From IMG/VR virus record IMGVR_UViG_3300031576_000024, positions 1-64,000 of that record: a stretch of DNA of 64,000 nt; one strand, written 5' to 3'. Below the pieces are notes generated by a model. It was not told the DNA's origin. It saw only the letters and a list, made by a program, of their open reading frames with translations, and did not search any database. Below, piece after piece: positions 47,949-57,120 of this stretch. A program made the position numbers and the translations under genes. The DNA is from a virus. Numbering within the stretch: the stretch's first letter is position 1; each line of letters opens with the position of its first letter.

Positions 47949-48371
47949 TTAACTATTTTCCTTGAAGGACTTAGCATGCATTTCAGCATCTTCCTTAGTG
48001 TTAAATCTACGAATTACTAACCAAGCTGACTTATATTTATCGTAACATACATAATCTATATCGCTTTGGTATATTGATTTCATACGTCTATTCTTAGAAT
48101 TCTGAGAAGGCGTAGACCATACGCAATTGTCAGGTGAATAATGCCCATCATTATCTTTACGGTCTAGTTGTAACCCTTTTACCCATGTAGGAAACATATC
48201 ATCATAGAAATTCTTAAAATCTAACCAACGGTCACAGACTCTAATACCACGAGCACCGTAGTCTTTATATCCTGTGTTTTTAGGATTTAAACATCTCTGT
48301 TTAAAACTAACCCATGTCGCATAAATAGCGTGCCTGTTTTTTCGGCCGCACATTCCATGTTTAAGACTCAT
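47949..48371 (-). CDS. HNH-like endonuclease (YGGRG/LDR family), copy 3
   Basis: KHG, YGARGIRVCDRW, LQLDRKDNDGHYSPDNCVW, FNTKEDAE; start reassigned to 48371. Confidence 0.8.
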   Translation of the reverse strand: MSLKHGMCGRKNRHAIYATWVSFKQRCLNPKNTGYKDYGARGIRVCDRWLDFKNFYDDMFPTWVKGLQLDRKDNDGHYSPDNCVWSTPSQNSKNRRMKSIYQSDIDYVCYDKYKSAWLVIRRFNTKEDAEMHAKSFKENS

Positions 48372-48870
48372 TTGCTTCTTCCAATTTAAGTTGCCATAAA
48401 GTTGCGTAAGGGACGCCGCCAGCTTTCTCGGCAGATGCGACCCTCTTATCAAAGTCCGTACCGCCGTGCTTTATTTCACCGACTACACTGTCAAATTTCA
48501 TATCTTTAAGCTGCTTCTTGCCTTCTGCCCGAATCAGCATCGAATAACCTCTACGTCTAGCTTCTGGCTTTACGTATGTGCCGAAGCCCACTGCTCTCTT
48601 AGAGTCCATATGGAACGGATCGTTGTCTCCAAACCCGCCCCACATAAGGACTGCCGAATCGCCTATAAATAGCACAATGCCTGGAAGCTGTCCACTGACA
48701 AAGAAGTCAAAGAACATAGAGTAACGGTCGAGGTTAAAGTCGTCCGGTTGGATCTCTGAGTCCTTGCTATTATAAGCCTCCGTAAGATAGTCTTTCCAAA
48801 GTTTTCTAAAGAGGTTACGATCACCTTCCTTAGCATTCCTAACGCGAGGCCCCTTGTTCTTCTTAGCCAT
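48361..48870 (-). CDS. GNAT-family acetyltransferase
   Basis: VRNAKEGD start and YVKPEARRRGYS acetyl-CoA motif. Confidence 0.8.
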   Translation of the reverse strand: MAKKNKGPRVRNAKEGDRNLFRKLWKDYLTEAYNSKDSEIQPDDFNLDRYSMFFDFFVSGQLPGIVLFIGDSAVLMWGGFGDNDPFHMDSKRAVGFGTYVKPEARRRGYSMLIRAEGKKQLKDMKFDSVVGEIKHGGTDFDKRVASAEKAGGVPYATLWQLKLEEANES

Positions 48871-48899
48871 AAATCCTCCCGATACTACCTAATTATACC

Positions 48900-49328
48900 T
48901 TAAACATTCGTACTTAAAGCAAACTGTTCCGCTTCTTCCTGTGTATCAAACCTGTAAATAACTTCCCACTTATTACGTCTAGCATCAAACGTAACGTTAT
49001 CTACTGGACTCTGTTTTATAGCTTTACGTCTTGTATTTTTGTTATTTTGTGAGCTAGTAACCCATCTACAGTTACTAGGTTCATAGTTACCATTAACATC
49101 AATACGATCTAACTGCAATCCTTGTTGCCATGTAGGAAACATATCATCTCTAAAGTTTTCAAAAGATTTTAACCAGCGTGTACAGACCTTAATCCCTCTG
49201 CCGCCATAGTTGTAATAATATTTATCTTTGATATAATGACAACGTTGTCTCATACCAATCCATGAATTATATACAGGGTGTGTTTTCCCTCCTGAGGTAA
49301 ATCCATGTTTTAAATGATTACTAGGCAT
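48900..49328 (-). CDS. HNH-like endonuclease (YGGRG/LDR family), copy 4
   Basis: [41 protein letters not shown]. Confidence 0.8.
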   Translation of the reverse strand: MPSNHLKHGFTSGGKTHPVYNSWIGMRQRCHYIKDKYYYNYGGRGIKVCTRWLKSFENFRDDMFPTWQQGLQLDRIDVNGNYEPSNCRWVTSSQNNKNTRRKAIKQSPVDNVTFDARRNKWEVIYRFDTQEEAEQFALSTNV

Positions 49329-49344
49329 AATTATCTCCTAAGTA

Positions 49345-49361
49345 ATTATACCTTAATCTTT
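49345..49361 (-). promoter_or_regulatory. Promoter-like motif copy (AAAGATTAAGGTATAAT)
   Basis: Intergenic, just upstream of the AGGAG RBS of HNH copy 4. Confidence 0.65.
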
Positions 49362-49386
49362 ATTCAATCAGTTAAATAAAGTTCAA

Positions 49387-52374
49387 CTACCCCTGTCCAG
49401 CCACATTTGCACCCACTACGATGCCGGGCGCAGGGTGTACATTTAGGTACACTCTCAGACCTTGGAATACAGCGTTCTTACCTAGCTCACTATGGGTGAT
49501 AGTAAACCTAATGTATTCGCCTCCGCTTAGTCCCTGTGGGCGGTATCTCTGAATGCTACTTCCGGCCGGGAAGGCGAAAGTAAACGTTTGGGAATCCCGT
49601 ACTGTTTGAGATAGGGCCGATCCGTCAGCCGTCTCTACCAGCACTGTCCAGTTGTGTGCCTCTCCATCCTCTTCCCTGGCCCGTAGCTCGACGTAAGAGG
49701 GTGATACCCGTCCTGTGACACCCTCGAATTCTGCGCCTAGGCTACCGGCTCTGATCCAGCCCGTTTGCATTTGCATTGTGACCGCCGAGGCCGCACCAGC
49801 GGCATTCGTGTAGTTGTCAGAATCTTGGTTGAAAAACTCGTACAACATCCCGTCGTTCCCGCCGACAAAGAGGTGATAGTCCCCGTTCGCATCTTCCATT
49901 TCTTCTGCACAGAGTAACTCCACTCCACTAGGCGGACTAAAGGTCCACCACCAACCATTACGAATATCATCATTTCCACCGTACTGATATACTAGATACG
50001 TTGTGTACACGTTATCGTCATCCGGTATGGCAAATAACATTACGCTACGCCCTAGACTATGTACGGACCATATATGCTCAAGGTTTGTACGCTCGAAGTC
50101 ATCAAACTTGTCCCGGATTATGTCCGTGATCTTATTCGTGTCTCTAAGGTCGAATAGTCTTACGCCGTCGCGGTCAGTCGCCCACCCATGCAGACGCGAT
50201 TCCCCGCACGCGCGGAAGCCAAGGTTTCCCATACCCTTGCGTACCTTATCCACAAAGTAGTCAGGGTTATCACCCATGACACGCCAATAGTCTGTGCCTG
50301 TTGTAACGATAAGGCCAAGGCTGGTTTCATAGATACCAGTAATAGGAGTATCTAACTCGAATCCGTTGATTACCGGATACGACTCAGGCTCGTCATCGCT
50401 ACTGTAGTATAGAACGTTAGGATTAAGCGGATCACCAGCCATGAACACTGTGCGCTTCCAAACCTTCATCATAGCGGCGAAGGGAGGTGGACTATTATCG
50501 TTGAACTGTCCAAGTTCAGGCGGTGTCGAAACACCTAACTCTGTGTCTGCAATAGTGTCATTGAATGTCGTAGTAACGTTGTCATTAATTGTACCTACGA
50601 ACAGGTATTCTGAACCGCCGGCTACCGTTCTGTAAATCTTACGAGCTACAACGGCAGGATCTACAGAAACAGGAATGCTTGATAAAGCAATCGTTGAATA
50701 CTTGCTCTCATCGACAATACGAAGATTGTCTATTCTTATATTAGCCGCTGTAACTAAAGTATCAATAAATGTAAACGTGTACTTAATGAAGTTGAGATTA
50801 GTTATAGACGGATCACCTACTTCATTATCAGGAGTATCAAGATCCATAGTAAGAGTAGTGAACCCATTTTCTTCAAGTTCATCTCTATCAAAGAAGTATT
50901 CAAATGCGTTACTAAATGAAGCGTCGTCGCCTATTTGAATCTTAAGGGCATTAGGGTCAAGATTAACCCGAGTACCAGTAGGAATTGAAATGTCAACAAA
51001 TACTTGACCACTTTTAGCTTCTGTGAAATTTGCTTGAGAGAAAGCAGACGCGGCTGCATTTACAAGGGTTGTTGTGAGTGTACCGGCAGTGTGAGTTATA
51101 ACTACCGAGTGAGTACCTTGAGTTCTTGTTGTGCTGAATGCTACAGCAGCTCCACCTGCTTGAGTATAAGTAGTGCCGTCATCGTCATAGTTGTCAATGA
51201 CGATTGTTACCTGTTCAGCTATTAGTGTTAAGTCAGCATCTATTGACGCGGGGCCGCTATTACTTTCCGTCCCGTACTCGTTTACGAACGTGATTTTGTA
51301 ATTCCAAATCGACGTTTCCGAAGGTACGAATGTAGTACCTGCCGTTGAGAATGCGGGCGTAAGTGTGCCTCTGTCCAGAGACACAAGATGATCCCAATAG
51401 AGATCAACCTCGGCCGCTGTACCAGTGGCATTAAATAACGCCTCAAAGCGGTAAGAAATTACAGCGCTTTCAACTAAATTCCCGCCTGATGTACCAGTAT
51501 TACCAGTAGGAACAGCCGAGAAGTCGAATACTAATGTGTTCCACCCAGGACCGACTTCACCGACTCGGAAATCGTACCTGTGGAAGTTGTTACCTAGCGT
51601 AGCATCAGACCCAAAATAGACCGAGATTGCACGGCCTGATGTTGCCAGATTACGAAACTCATCCTGAGGAATGTAAATACGGAGTTCGCCGCGGTCTTCA
51701 ATTGTAGTATCAAAAGCTGAAGCCGACGTATTAAGTAGCTCAAAATAGCAAGAGGCTTGCCCAGCAGTCTTAAGCATCTTGATTGAATTATCTTTGTAGG
51801 CAATAATTTCTTCAAGTGAAATCGTACAACCAGAGATACCAAAGCTACCTGTGCCTTCAAATCCTTGGACGATCGTTTCTTGACTACCTGGAGCAATGAC
51901 GCCCCAATTTGACGTGCGATAGCCGTCATATTTGAAAAATGTGCCACGGCGGCCTCCTTTGAAGGGGTCTTGTGCAGTTACTAACATAAGACGGTCGAAG
52001 TTACCATGAGAGCGGAAAAGCTTATTAGGCTGACCCGTAAGCATCGAAGTTGTCGTGCCGTCCGTATTAATCTTACGGACTGTCGTACCTAGCTGTGCTA
52101 TTACGCTGCGGAGAATCTGTCCTGAGAAGTCTTGGCTCTTGTAAAACCCGATCCAAGACGTAGGCTTAGCCGCACCGCTTTCTGTGTAGATGGCAGCTAA
52201 CTTTCGACTGTTACCACGCATCTTCTGTAGTGAGCCGAATTCATAATAGAAATCGACATTCTGACATACAACTAGTTGATTGTGTTCCAACAGGTCTGGA
52301 TTCAACTTGGTGGCTAAACCCTGGAAATTCAACATGTCTATCGTCGGCTTTGTATTACGATCAGGCGAGGCCAT
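49387..52374 (-). CDS. Tail nozzle / head-stabilisation protein (P22 gp10 or tubular-B-like) with inserted beta-sandwich domains
   Basis: FQGL...L...QNVD...G.L.K..G N-terminus, YYS..DEPES, beta-rich; follows the adaptor gene. Confidence 0.7.
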   Translation of the reverse strand: MASPDRNTKPTIDMLNFQGLATKLNPDLLEHNQLVVCQNVDFYYEFGSLQKMRGNSRKLAAIYTESGAAKPTSWIGFYKSQDFSGQILRSVIAQLGTTVRKINTDGTTTSMLTGQPNKLFRSHGNFDRLMLVTAQDPFKGGRRGTFFKYDGYRTSNWGVIAPGSQETIVQGFEGTGSFGISGCTISLEEIIAYKDNSIKMLKTAGQASCYFELLNTSASAFDTTIEDRGELRIYIPQDEFRNLATSGRAISVYFGSDATLGNNFHRYDFRVGEVGPGWNTLVFDFSAVPTGNTGTSGGNLVESAVISYRFEALFNATGTAAEVDLYWDHLVSLDRGTLTPAFSTAGTTFVPSETSIWNYKITFVNEYGTESNSGPASIDADLTLIAEQVTIVIDNYDDDGTTYTQAGGAAVAFSTTRTQGTHSVVITHTAGTLTTTLVNAAASAFSQANFTEAKSGQVFVDISIPTGTRVNLDPNALKIQIGDDASFSNAFEYFFDRDELEENGFTTLTMDLDTPDNEVGDPSITNLNFIKYTFTFIDTLVTAANIRIDNLRIVDESKYSTIALSSIPVSVDPAVVARKIYRTVAGGSEYLFVGTINDNVTTTFNDTIADTELGVSTPPELGQFNDNSPPPFAAMMKVWKRTVFMAGDPLNPNVLYYSSDDEPESYPVINGFELDTPITGIYETSLGLIVTTGTDYWRVMGDNPDYFVDKVRKGMGNLGFRACGESRLHGWATDRDGVRLFDLRDTNKITDIIRDKFDDFERTNLEHIWSVHSLGRSVMLFAIPDDDNVYTTYLVYQYGGNDDIRNGWWWTFSPPSGVELLCAEEMEDANGDYHLFVGGNDGMLYEFFNQDSDNYTNAAGAASAVTMQMQTGWIRAGSLGAEFEGVTGRVSPSYVELRAREEDGEAHNWTVLVETADGSALSQTVRDSQTFTFAFPAGSSIQRYRPQGLSGGEYIRFTITHSELGKNAVFQGLRVYLNVHPAPGIVVGANVAGQG

Positions 52375-53063
52375 TATGCGTCTCCGTAATTACCACAGAA
52401 AGGTACTACTGCGCTCTGACTGGTTATGCGCCCATCCACGTACCTCTCCCACTTGATCTCAAACTCTGATCTAAGTCTGAGAATTGTTTTGACTACCCCG
52501 TTCTCCTGCATCAACTCTGTATCGAGCCCGGCAACAACCGTGTCGTAAACCAGAAGTGAGGCGAACGTTAGCGGGAAGTCAGCATGGAGAGTATCACCAC
52601 CGGCTGTCAACCTAGCAGGCAACCCGTAATACTCAATCCGTAGGGCATCTATATCGTCATCATTAGGAGCAGGCTCTAGTACAAAGCCTGATCCGATAGG
52701 ACGATAGTTAGGTAGGTAGTTGTCCCCGCTTGCGCTGGGGGTTGGATTAACACCTTCATGCCGTTCATATCTCTGAATAGGAAACGTAGAGCCATCATCC
52801 CTAACCATCTCTAGCTTGATTAGTCTTTCAAACCCAGGCGGCCAAGGATATCTTGATTGGCTTGCTACAAGGTCTGTGACAGCTACGTCGGTGAAATAGC
52901 CTTCGTGCGCGATAACTAGTTCGTTACAACGCATGCGGTACTGGTCGTTAAACAACTCCTTCAGCAAGTCATCTGTGTGATAACTCGCCGAAGCAGTTAC
53001 TTCGTGGAGCATGCGGCGGACACGTTGTATGTAGCCCGAAAATGTTTCACTTGATTGGGCCAT
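52374..53063 (-). CDS. Head-tail adaptor (tubular-A-like)
   Basis: IQRVRRML, YPWP..F, LEPAP, LRIEYY..P; typical size and position. Confidence 0.7.
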   Translation of the reverse strand: MAQSSETFSGYIQRVRRMLHEVTASASYHTDDLLKELFNDQYRMRCNELVIAHEGYFTDVAVTDLVASQSRYPWPPGFERLIKLEMVRDDGSTFPIQRYERHEGVNPTPSASGDNYLPNYRPIGSGFVLEPAPNDDDIDALRIEYYGLPARLTAGGDTLHADFPLTFASLLVYDTVVAGLDTELMQENGVVKTILRLRSEFEIKWERYVDGRITSQSAVVPFCGNYGDA

Positions 53064-53329
53064 TAGTTAACCTTTAGTAACGGTACATACTTCTTTACCT
53101 TACCGCGAACCTTAGAGCTAGCTAGCTTAGCTAGTCGTCCTTCACTTACCTTAACATCGTGTAGAATAGAAGGACGTATTCTATTCATGCCAAGTTCCTT
53201 GGCATAGTGCGCGCGTGTACGCCCGCGCATGATAGAGCCTTGCAGCCAATCACCATACTCATTCTTAGTATACATCTTATCGGCCGGCTGACCATATACA
53301 AGATTTCTCAGTCTACGTTCTTCAGGCAT
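53063..53329 (-). CDS. Small basic protein
   Basis: K/R-rich; TAATG coupling. Confidence 0.6.
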   Translation of the reverse strand: MPEERRLRNLVYGQPADKMYTKNEYGDWLQGSIMRGRTRAHYAKELGMNRIRPSILHDVKVSEGRLAKLASSKVRGKVKKYVPLLKVN

Positions 53330-53589
53330 TACTTACCGATCCACGTAGAGCCAATAGCTATAACTGTTGACACAATTACGCCAGCGATTGAACCCCATAC
53401 GCCAGCCTTTGACTTAAGAGACGTTACGTCCAATGAAATCTTAGTAACACCACTAGTAATCAAATCACGTAGTTCTTTAAAGTTTTCAGTATCCGATTCC
53501 GTATGCTTTTCTACAGTGTCGTTCAATCTGTCTAACTCTGCTAATACGTGATTCTTCCATCGATCCCAACCGTTATCTTGGCCTTCCAT
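53329..53589 (-). CDS. Small coiled-coil protein with C-terminal TM helix (holin/XhlA-like?)
   Basis: Coiled coil followed by AGVWGSIAGVIVSTVIAIG. Confidence 0.55.
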   Translation of the reverse strand: MEGQDNGWDRWKNHVLAELDRLNDTVEKHTESDTENFKELRDLITSGVTKISLDVTSLKSKAGVWGSIAGVIVSTVIAIGSTWIGK

Positions 53590-53616
53590 ATTTAACCATT
53601 TCTATTAGTCGTACTA

Positions 53617-53784
53617 TTACCTGACGCCTAATGACTTTCCAAATGCACGTCTACGCAATCTGCCAGGGCTTAGTTTCTGTAAAGACTGCGCTGTGCGTGC
53701 TCTTGAATAAGCCGCAGGGCTACCAGTAGCGCTGCCTCGCATTGTTCCAATACCTTGTCTTATTCCCGATGATCCTGCTAACAT
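53617..53784 (-). CDS. 55-aa very basic protein
   Basis: MLAGSSGIRQ...PGRLRRRAFGKSLGVR; GAGGAG RBS; no acidic residues; not in the ORF track. Confidence 0.6.
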   Translation of the reverse strand: MLAGSSGIRQGIGTMRGSATGSPAAYSRARTAQSLQKLSPGRLRRRAFGKSLGVR

Positions 53785-54311
53785 TATAGGCTCCTCAAAA
53801 TTGTTCTAACTTGTCCCTTAGGCGGCGGATTCTCGATCTTCTCTTGGTACGCCGCCCGACGTGCTACCAAATCTGCGAATGTCTTAGGACCAGCTATTCC
53901 GTGTTTCTGATCCATTTCCTGAGCTAGCTTGAGCGATGCAGCTTCCGCTTTATCAGCCTTCTTTGTATACTTAGCCGACTTATTTACATGGAACCCTGCC
54001 GCAGTAGCTTTCTCACGAAGCCTGCCGGCTTTACCGTAGTAGTAATTAAGAAAGTCAGACTTGCTAGGTTGGTCCTCACTTCCAAATAAACCACCAAAAA
54101 TACCACCAGGATCTAAGATACGATTAGCCTCGCCTTGCCAACCTGAACCACCGCTACCAGGCACAAGTCCAGATGCCACTTGCTTAGGGCTTAGTGACTT
54201 TATAAATGTACTAGGCCGTTTAAATGAAGAGTAGGCCCTGTCCATATTTATAGTGTCAGTTGCACCAAACACAGGCTTACGTTTAGGAGTATGAATAGGA
54301 GTGTATACCAT
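53784..54311 (-). CDS. Basic hypothetical protein
   Basis: K/R/G-rich; GRLREKA segment resembles GRLRERA in the next gene. Confidence 0.65.
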   Translation of the reverse strand: MVYTPIHTPKRKPVFGATDTINMDRAYSSFKRPSTFIKSLSPKQVASGLVPGSGGSGWQGEANRILDPGGIFGGLFGSEDQPSKSDFLNYYYGKAGRLREKATAAGFHVNKSAKYTKKADKAEAASLKLAQEMDQKHGIAGPKTFADLVARRAAYQEKIENPPPKGQVRTILRSL

Positions 54312-54613
54312 TACTTACTTGCTCCTTCAGTCTGCTCGACTTTCTTTCTTAATAATACCTTGCGCGGAGCGCGGCCAAGCGCGGTAGAAGGCTTAGGACT
54401 GCGCTTTTCTACCCTTGCATTAAGCCTTGCAGCCTTCTTAATCTTACCGGCTTCCGTCGCGGCCATCGCTCGTTCGCGCAAACGCCCTGTTTTCTCTGCA
54501 CGCTTATCCGTCTTAGGTGCTAAAAGACCACCACCTGTCTTCGGCTTCCTATAATACTTACCATGTGCCTTAGAGGCTGCCTGTGCCGCTGATGCTACTG
54601 ATGATACTAACAT
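54311..54613 (-). CDS. Very basic (histone/protamine-like) small protein
   Basis: K/R/A-rich; AGGAG RBS directly after the tRNA. Confidence 0.65.
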   Translation of the reverse strand: MLVSSVASAAQAASKAHGKYYRKPKTGGGLLAPKTDKRAEKTGRLRERAMAATEAGKIKKAARLNARVEKRSPKPSTALGRAPRKVLLRKKVEQTEGASK

Positions 54614-54629
54614 AATGGTCTCCTTTAAA

Positions 54630-54702
54630 TGGTAGCGGCGGCGGGAGTTGCGCCCGCGGAGGCTGGCTTATGAGGCCGGCTTGAATGCTCATTCTCACCG
54701 CA
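54630..54702 (-). tRNA. Atypical tRNA with CAU anticodon (Met/fMet-like)
   Basis: TGCGGTG A GAATGAGCATTC AA GCCGGC CTCATAA GCCAGC CTCC GCGGG CGCAACT CCCGC CGCCGCT ACCA folds as a cloverleaf with encoded CCA. Confidence 0.85.
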
Positions 54703-54707
54703 ACAAA

Positions 54708-54944
54708 CTATCTCATGCTTGTTCCGCGTTTGTACTTCTTTGAGAAGTGCGCGGCTTCTGCTTCTGTCTTAAACTCAATATACTCGCCCTTCTCTACAGC
54801 ACTCTTTAACGCGCCAGTAGCAGGCCAATTTAACTTCTTTGTCGGTCGATCATACGTAATGTTGGGGAACGCTATGTGCTTACCTTTTAGCGGGCCGCTT
54901 TCCATCGACTTATAACTCATTTGATGACTAGCACCTTCATTCAC
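54708..54944 (-). CDS. Small hypothetical protein
   Basis: 78-aa ORF upstream of the tRNA. Confidence 0.55.
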   Translation of the reverse strand: MNEGASHQMSYKSMESGPLKGKHIAFPNITYDRPTKKLNWPATGALKSAVEKGEYIEFKTEAEAAHFSKKYKRGTSMR

Positions 54945-54987
54945 TGTAACTCATCACTGGCCCATGCTTTATCTTCTAACTTACCCA

Positions 54988-55932
54988 TTATCTTCTAACC
55001 TCTAATATCGACAGAACAAGATTCTGTGTAGTAAGAAAGCAGTCATTTCCATTGGATGCCGTTGTATCGCGTTCTTGCTCTATCCTATACTTCAACTTAT
55101 GTATCCCGGCTTCCAATACTTGTGGAGGGCCGACAAGTGTTACAGTGTCTTGCCATCTATCCCATTTAGTTATAGCTGCATCTTTAAATCTTTTATTAAA
55201 TGTAAACAGTGCTTCTTGACCGTCTAAATATAGTCTAAATCTAATACTGTCCGATCTTTGTATACCTTCGGAGCCAGCAGGCGTACCTTGCTCACCCCAA
55301 AGATATTGATGCATTACAGTAAAAAGACAAGTAGCTGAAGTTGGCAGGTTAAACTGCGGAATATCTAAAATCTGCTGGTCATAATCTGTAACTCCGGGAG
55401 CTGATGTAACAAGCAACACATCGAAAGCTGTAGCACTGAATTCATACTTGATTACGTTACCAGCAGCACCTTCCACAAGGTTAGTGAAGGTAGCCTGTCC
55501 AGGTTCGATCTCAAACGCTACCGACCAATCACCTTCATCGTGGAAGCCACGCTTCACGCGCGTACCTACCGCACGCACGCGCATACGATAGGTGCGAGCT
55601 GGGTCTAATGTAGCAGGGAGTACGAAGGACGGTACGTTTACTTTGAATCTTGTAGCACTGGTAAAGGCTGCGTTATCAGCGAACTCTACTTCATATCTAT
55701 TTATATTAGCATCTACCGCGTCCCAATTTACAGAGATGGCACCTGTAATACTGTCGTCTAGTTCCAACCCTACCACTCTAGGTAGTGGAGAACGATTACG
55801 ACGTGTAGCATTTGAAGAGACTTGATAGTTAGCAGCCTGACGCTTCTCTAGCTCAAGCTCCATCTTACGTAACCTTGATTCAAGCTCCTCGTCGTCTGTC
55901 GTTACGCCTAAGCGTTTGCTGCTAGTTGCCAT
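54988..55932 (-). CDS. Fibronectin type III domain virion protein
   Basis: ISVNWDAV..YEVE...YRMRVRAV...GDWS FN3 pattern plus C-terminal beta domain. Confidence 0.75.
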   Translation of the reverse strand: MATSSKRLGVTTDDEELESRLRKMELELEKRQAANYQVSSNATRRNRSPLPRVVGLELDDSITGAISVNWDAVDANINRYEVEFADNAAFTSATRFKVNVPSFVLPATLDPARTYRMRVRAVGTRVKRGFHDEGDWSVAFEIEPGQATFTNLVEGAAGNVIKYEFSATAFDVLLVTSAPGVTDYDQQILDIPQFNLPTSATCLFTVMHQYLWGEQGTPAGSEGIQRSDSIRFRLYLDGQEALFTFNKRFKDAAITKWDRWQDTVTLVGPPQVLEAGIHKLKYRIEQERDTTASNGNDCFLTTQNLVLSILEVRR

Positions 55933-56635
55933 CGGGTGTCCACAGACCCGCTTCCTTATCAGTCAAAGGTCTTACTATCTTCTTATTGGAAAGGTTAGTG
56001 ATGATTTCCTTCTGAGGATTAGTAGGTCGAGTTACACCGCTGGCAAAGTTAGCTGCGGCCTTCTTCATAAACCACGCATTCTCTGTCTGAAAGGCAGTCA
56101 TCATACTGGAACGTTCCATCATCATCTGCTCACGTTCCTTTTCTTTCATAGTCTCTAGTAGCCTATTGTATGACTTTGCGCCGTAGCGGTCACTCCAGCG
56201 CGCCTGTGCATTCAGTCTAGCAGCGACTAGCGACAGATAGTCACCTTCAACCGACTCAAGGCGGAGAATGTGCGCCCAAGCACCAGCAGGCTTACAGCAA
56301 CGCCAAACATGCCAAGCGCCGTAGTTATTAGGATGCCATTCCTTATCATATTGACCCTGTTCAAGTAACGGTTCTCCGTGCCTATTAACTAGGACATGTC
56401 CGAAGTTAAGCTGACCATAATCAATGTTGATAGTATATCTAGGATCTTCCAAGCTCCCCGGATCTTGATTGATGAAATTATCCCATAGGACTTGGTATTG
56501 GTGCCATACTAGATATAGGTTCTCGTCAATACCCTTAATGTTGTCGAAGAATATGGAAGGTACATCTAATCCGAGCATGCACCTGCGGTATCCAAAATAC
56601 TGCGGTCTAAATAGCTTAGGTAGTTCTGTTATCAT
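55922..56635 (-). CDS. Hypothetical protein (virion module)
   Basis: 237-aa ORF in operon. Confidence 0.7.
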   Translation of the reverse strand: MITELPKLFRPQYFGYRRCMLGLDVPSIFFDNIKGIDENLYLVWHQYQVLWDNFINQDPGSLEDPRYTINIDYGQLNFGHVLVNRHGEPLLEQGQYDKEWHPNNYGAWHVWRCCKPAGAWAHILRLESVEGDYLSLVAARLNAQARWSDRYGAKSYNRLLETMKEKEREQMMMERSSMMTAFQTENAWFMKKAAANFASGVTRPTNPQKEIITNLSNKKIVRPLTDKEAGLWTPDGN

Positions 56636-57041
56636 GCTTCTCCCAGCATACGACTGTATGCAGCAATGGCTTCTTCTTTGGTATTAAATCTTTTAGATAT
56701 AATCCAACGATCTTTCGATTTATCATATATTACGTAATCAACATCACTTTGTTTGGGAGCTTTAGTTCTGCGATTTTTTTGATTCTGTTAAGATGTTACC
56801 CAGCGACAATTACCAGGTTCGTAATTGCCGTCATTATTGATACGGTCTAGCTGTAAACCCTCTTCCCAAGTAGGTAACATATCTTTTGCAAAGTTCTCAA
56901 AAGACGTTAACCATCTTTCACATACCTTAATGCCACGGCCGCCGTAGTACACTTATACGTTGATAACTTTTTATTATAACAACGTTGTTTTATACTTCGC
57001 CAACAATTATAAGGAGGGTAATTTCTTAATTTACTAGGCAT
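56632..57041 (-). pseudogene. HNH-like endonuclease (YGGRG/LDR family), copy 5, frameshifted with internal stop
   Basis: MPSKLRNYPPYNCWRSIKQRCY, frameshift near 56951, [13 protein letters not shown]...[24 protein letters not shown] (TAA at 56788-56790)...FNTKEEA. Confidence 0.85.
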
Positions 57042-57120
57042 CTTAATAGAAAAGGCAAAGCATCTCCCTAAGAAACACCTTGCCCTTTATCTCCCTTAAT
57101 ATTTGAAACCAGTTCCTTAC

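Noticed and set aside
56788-56790. In-frame TAA as evidence of stop-codon reassignment
   Set aside because: The same gene also has a frameshift, and TAA, TAG and TGA all terminate well-formed genes elsewhere.
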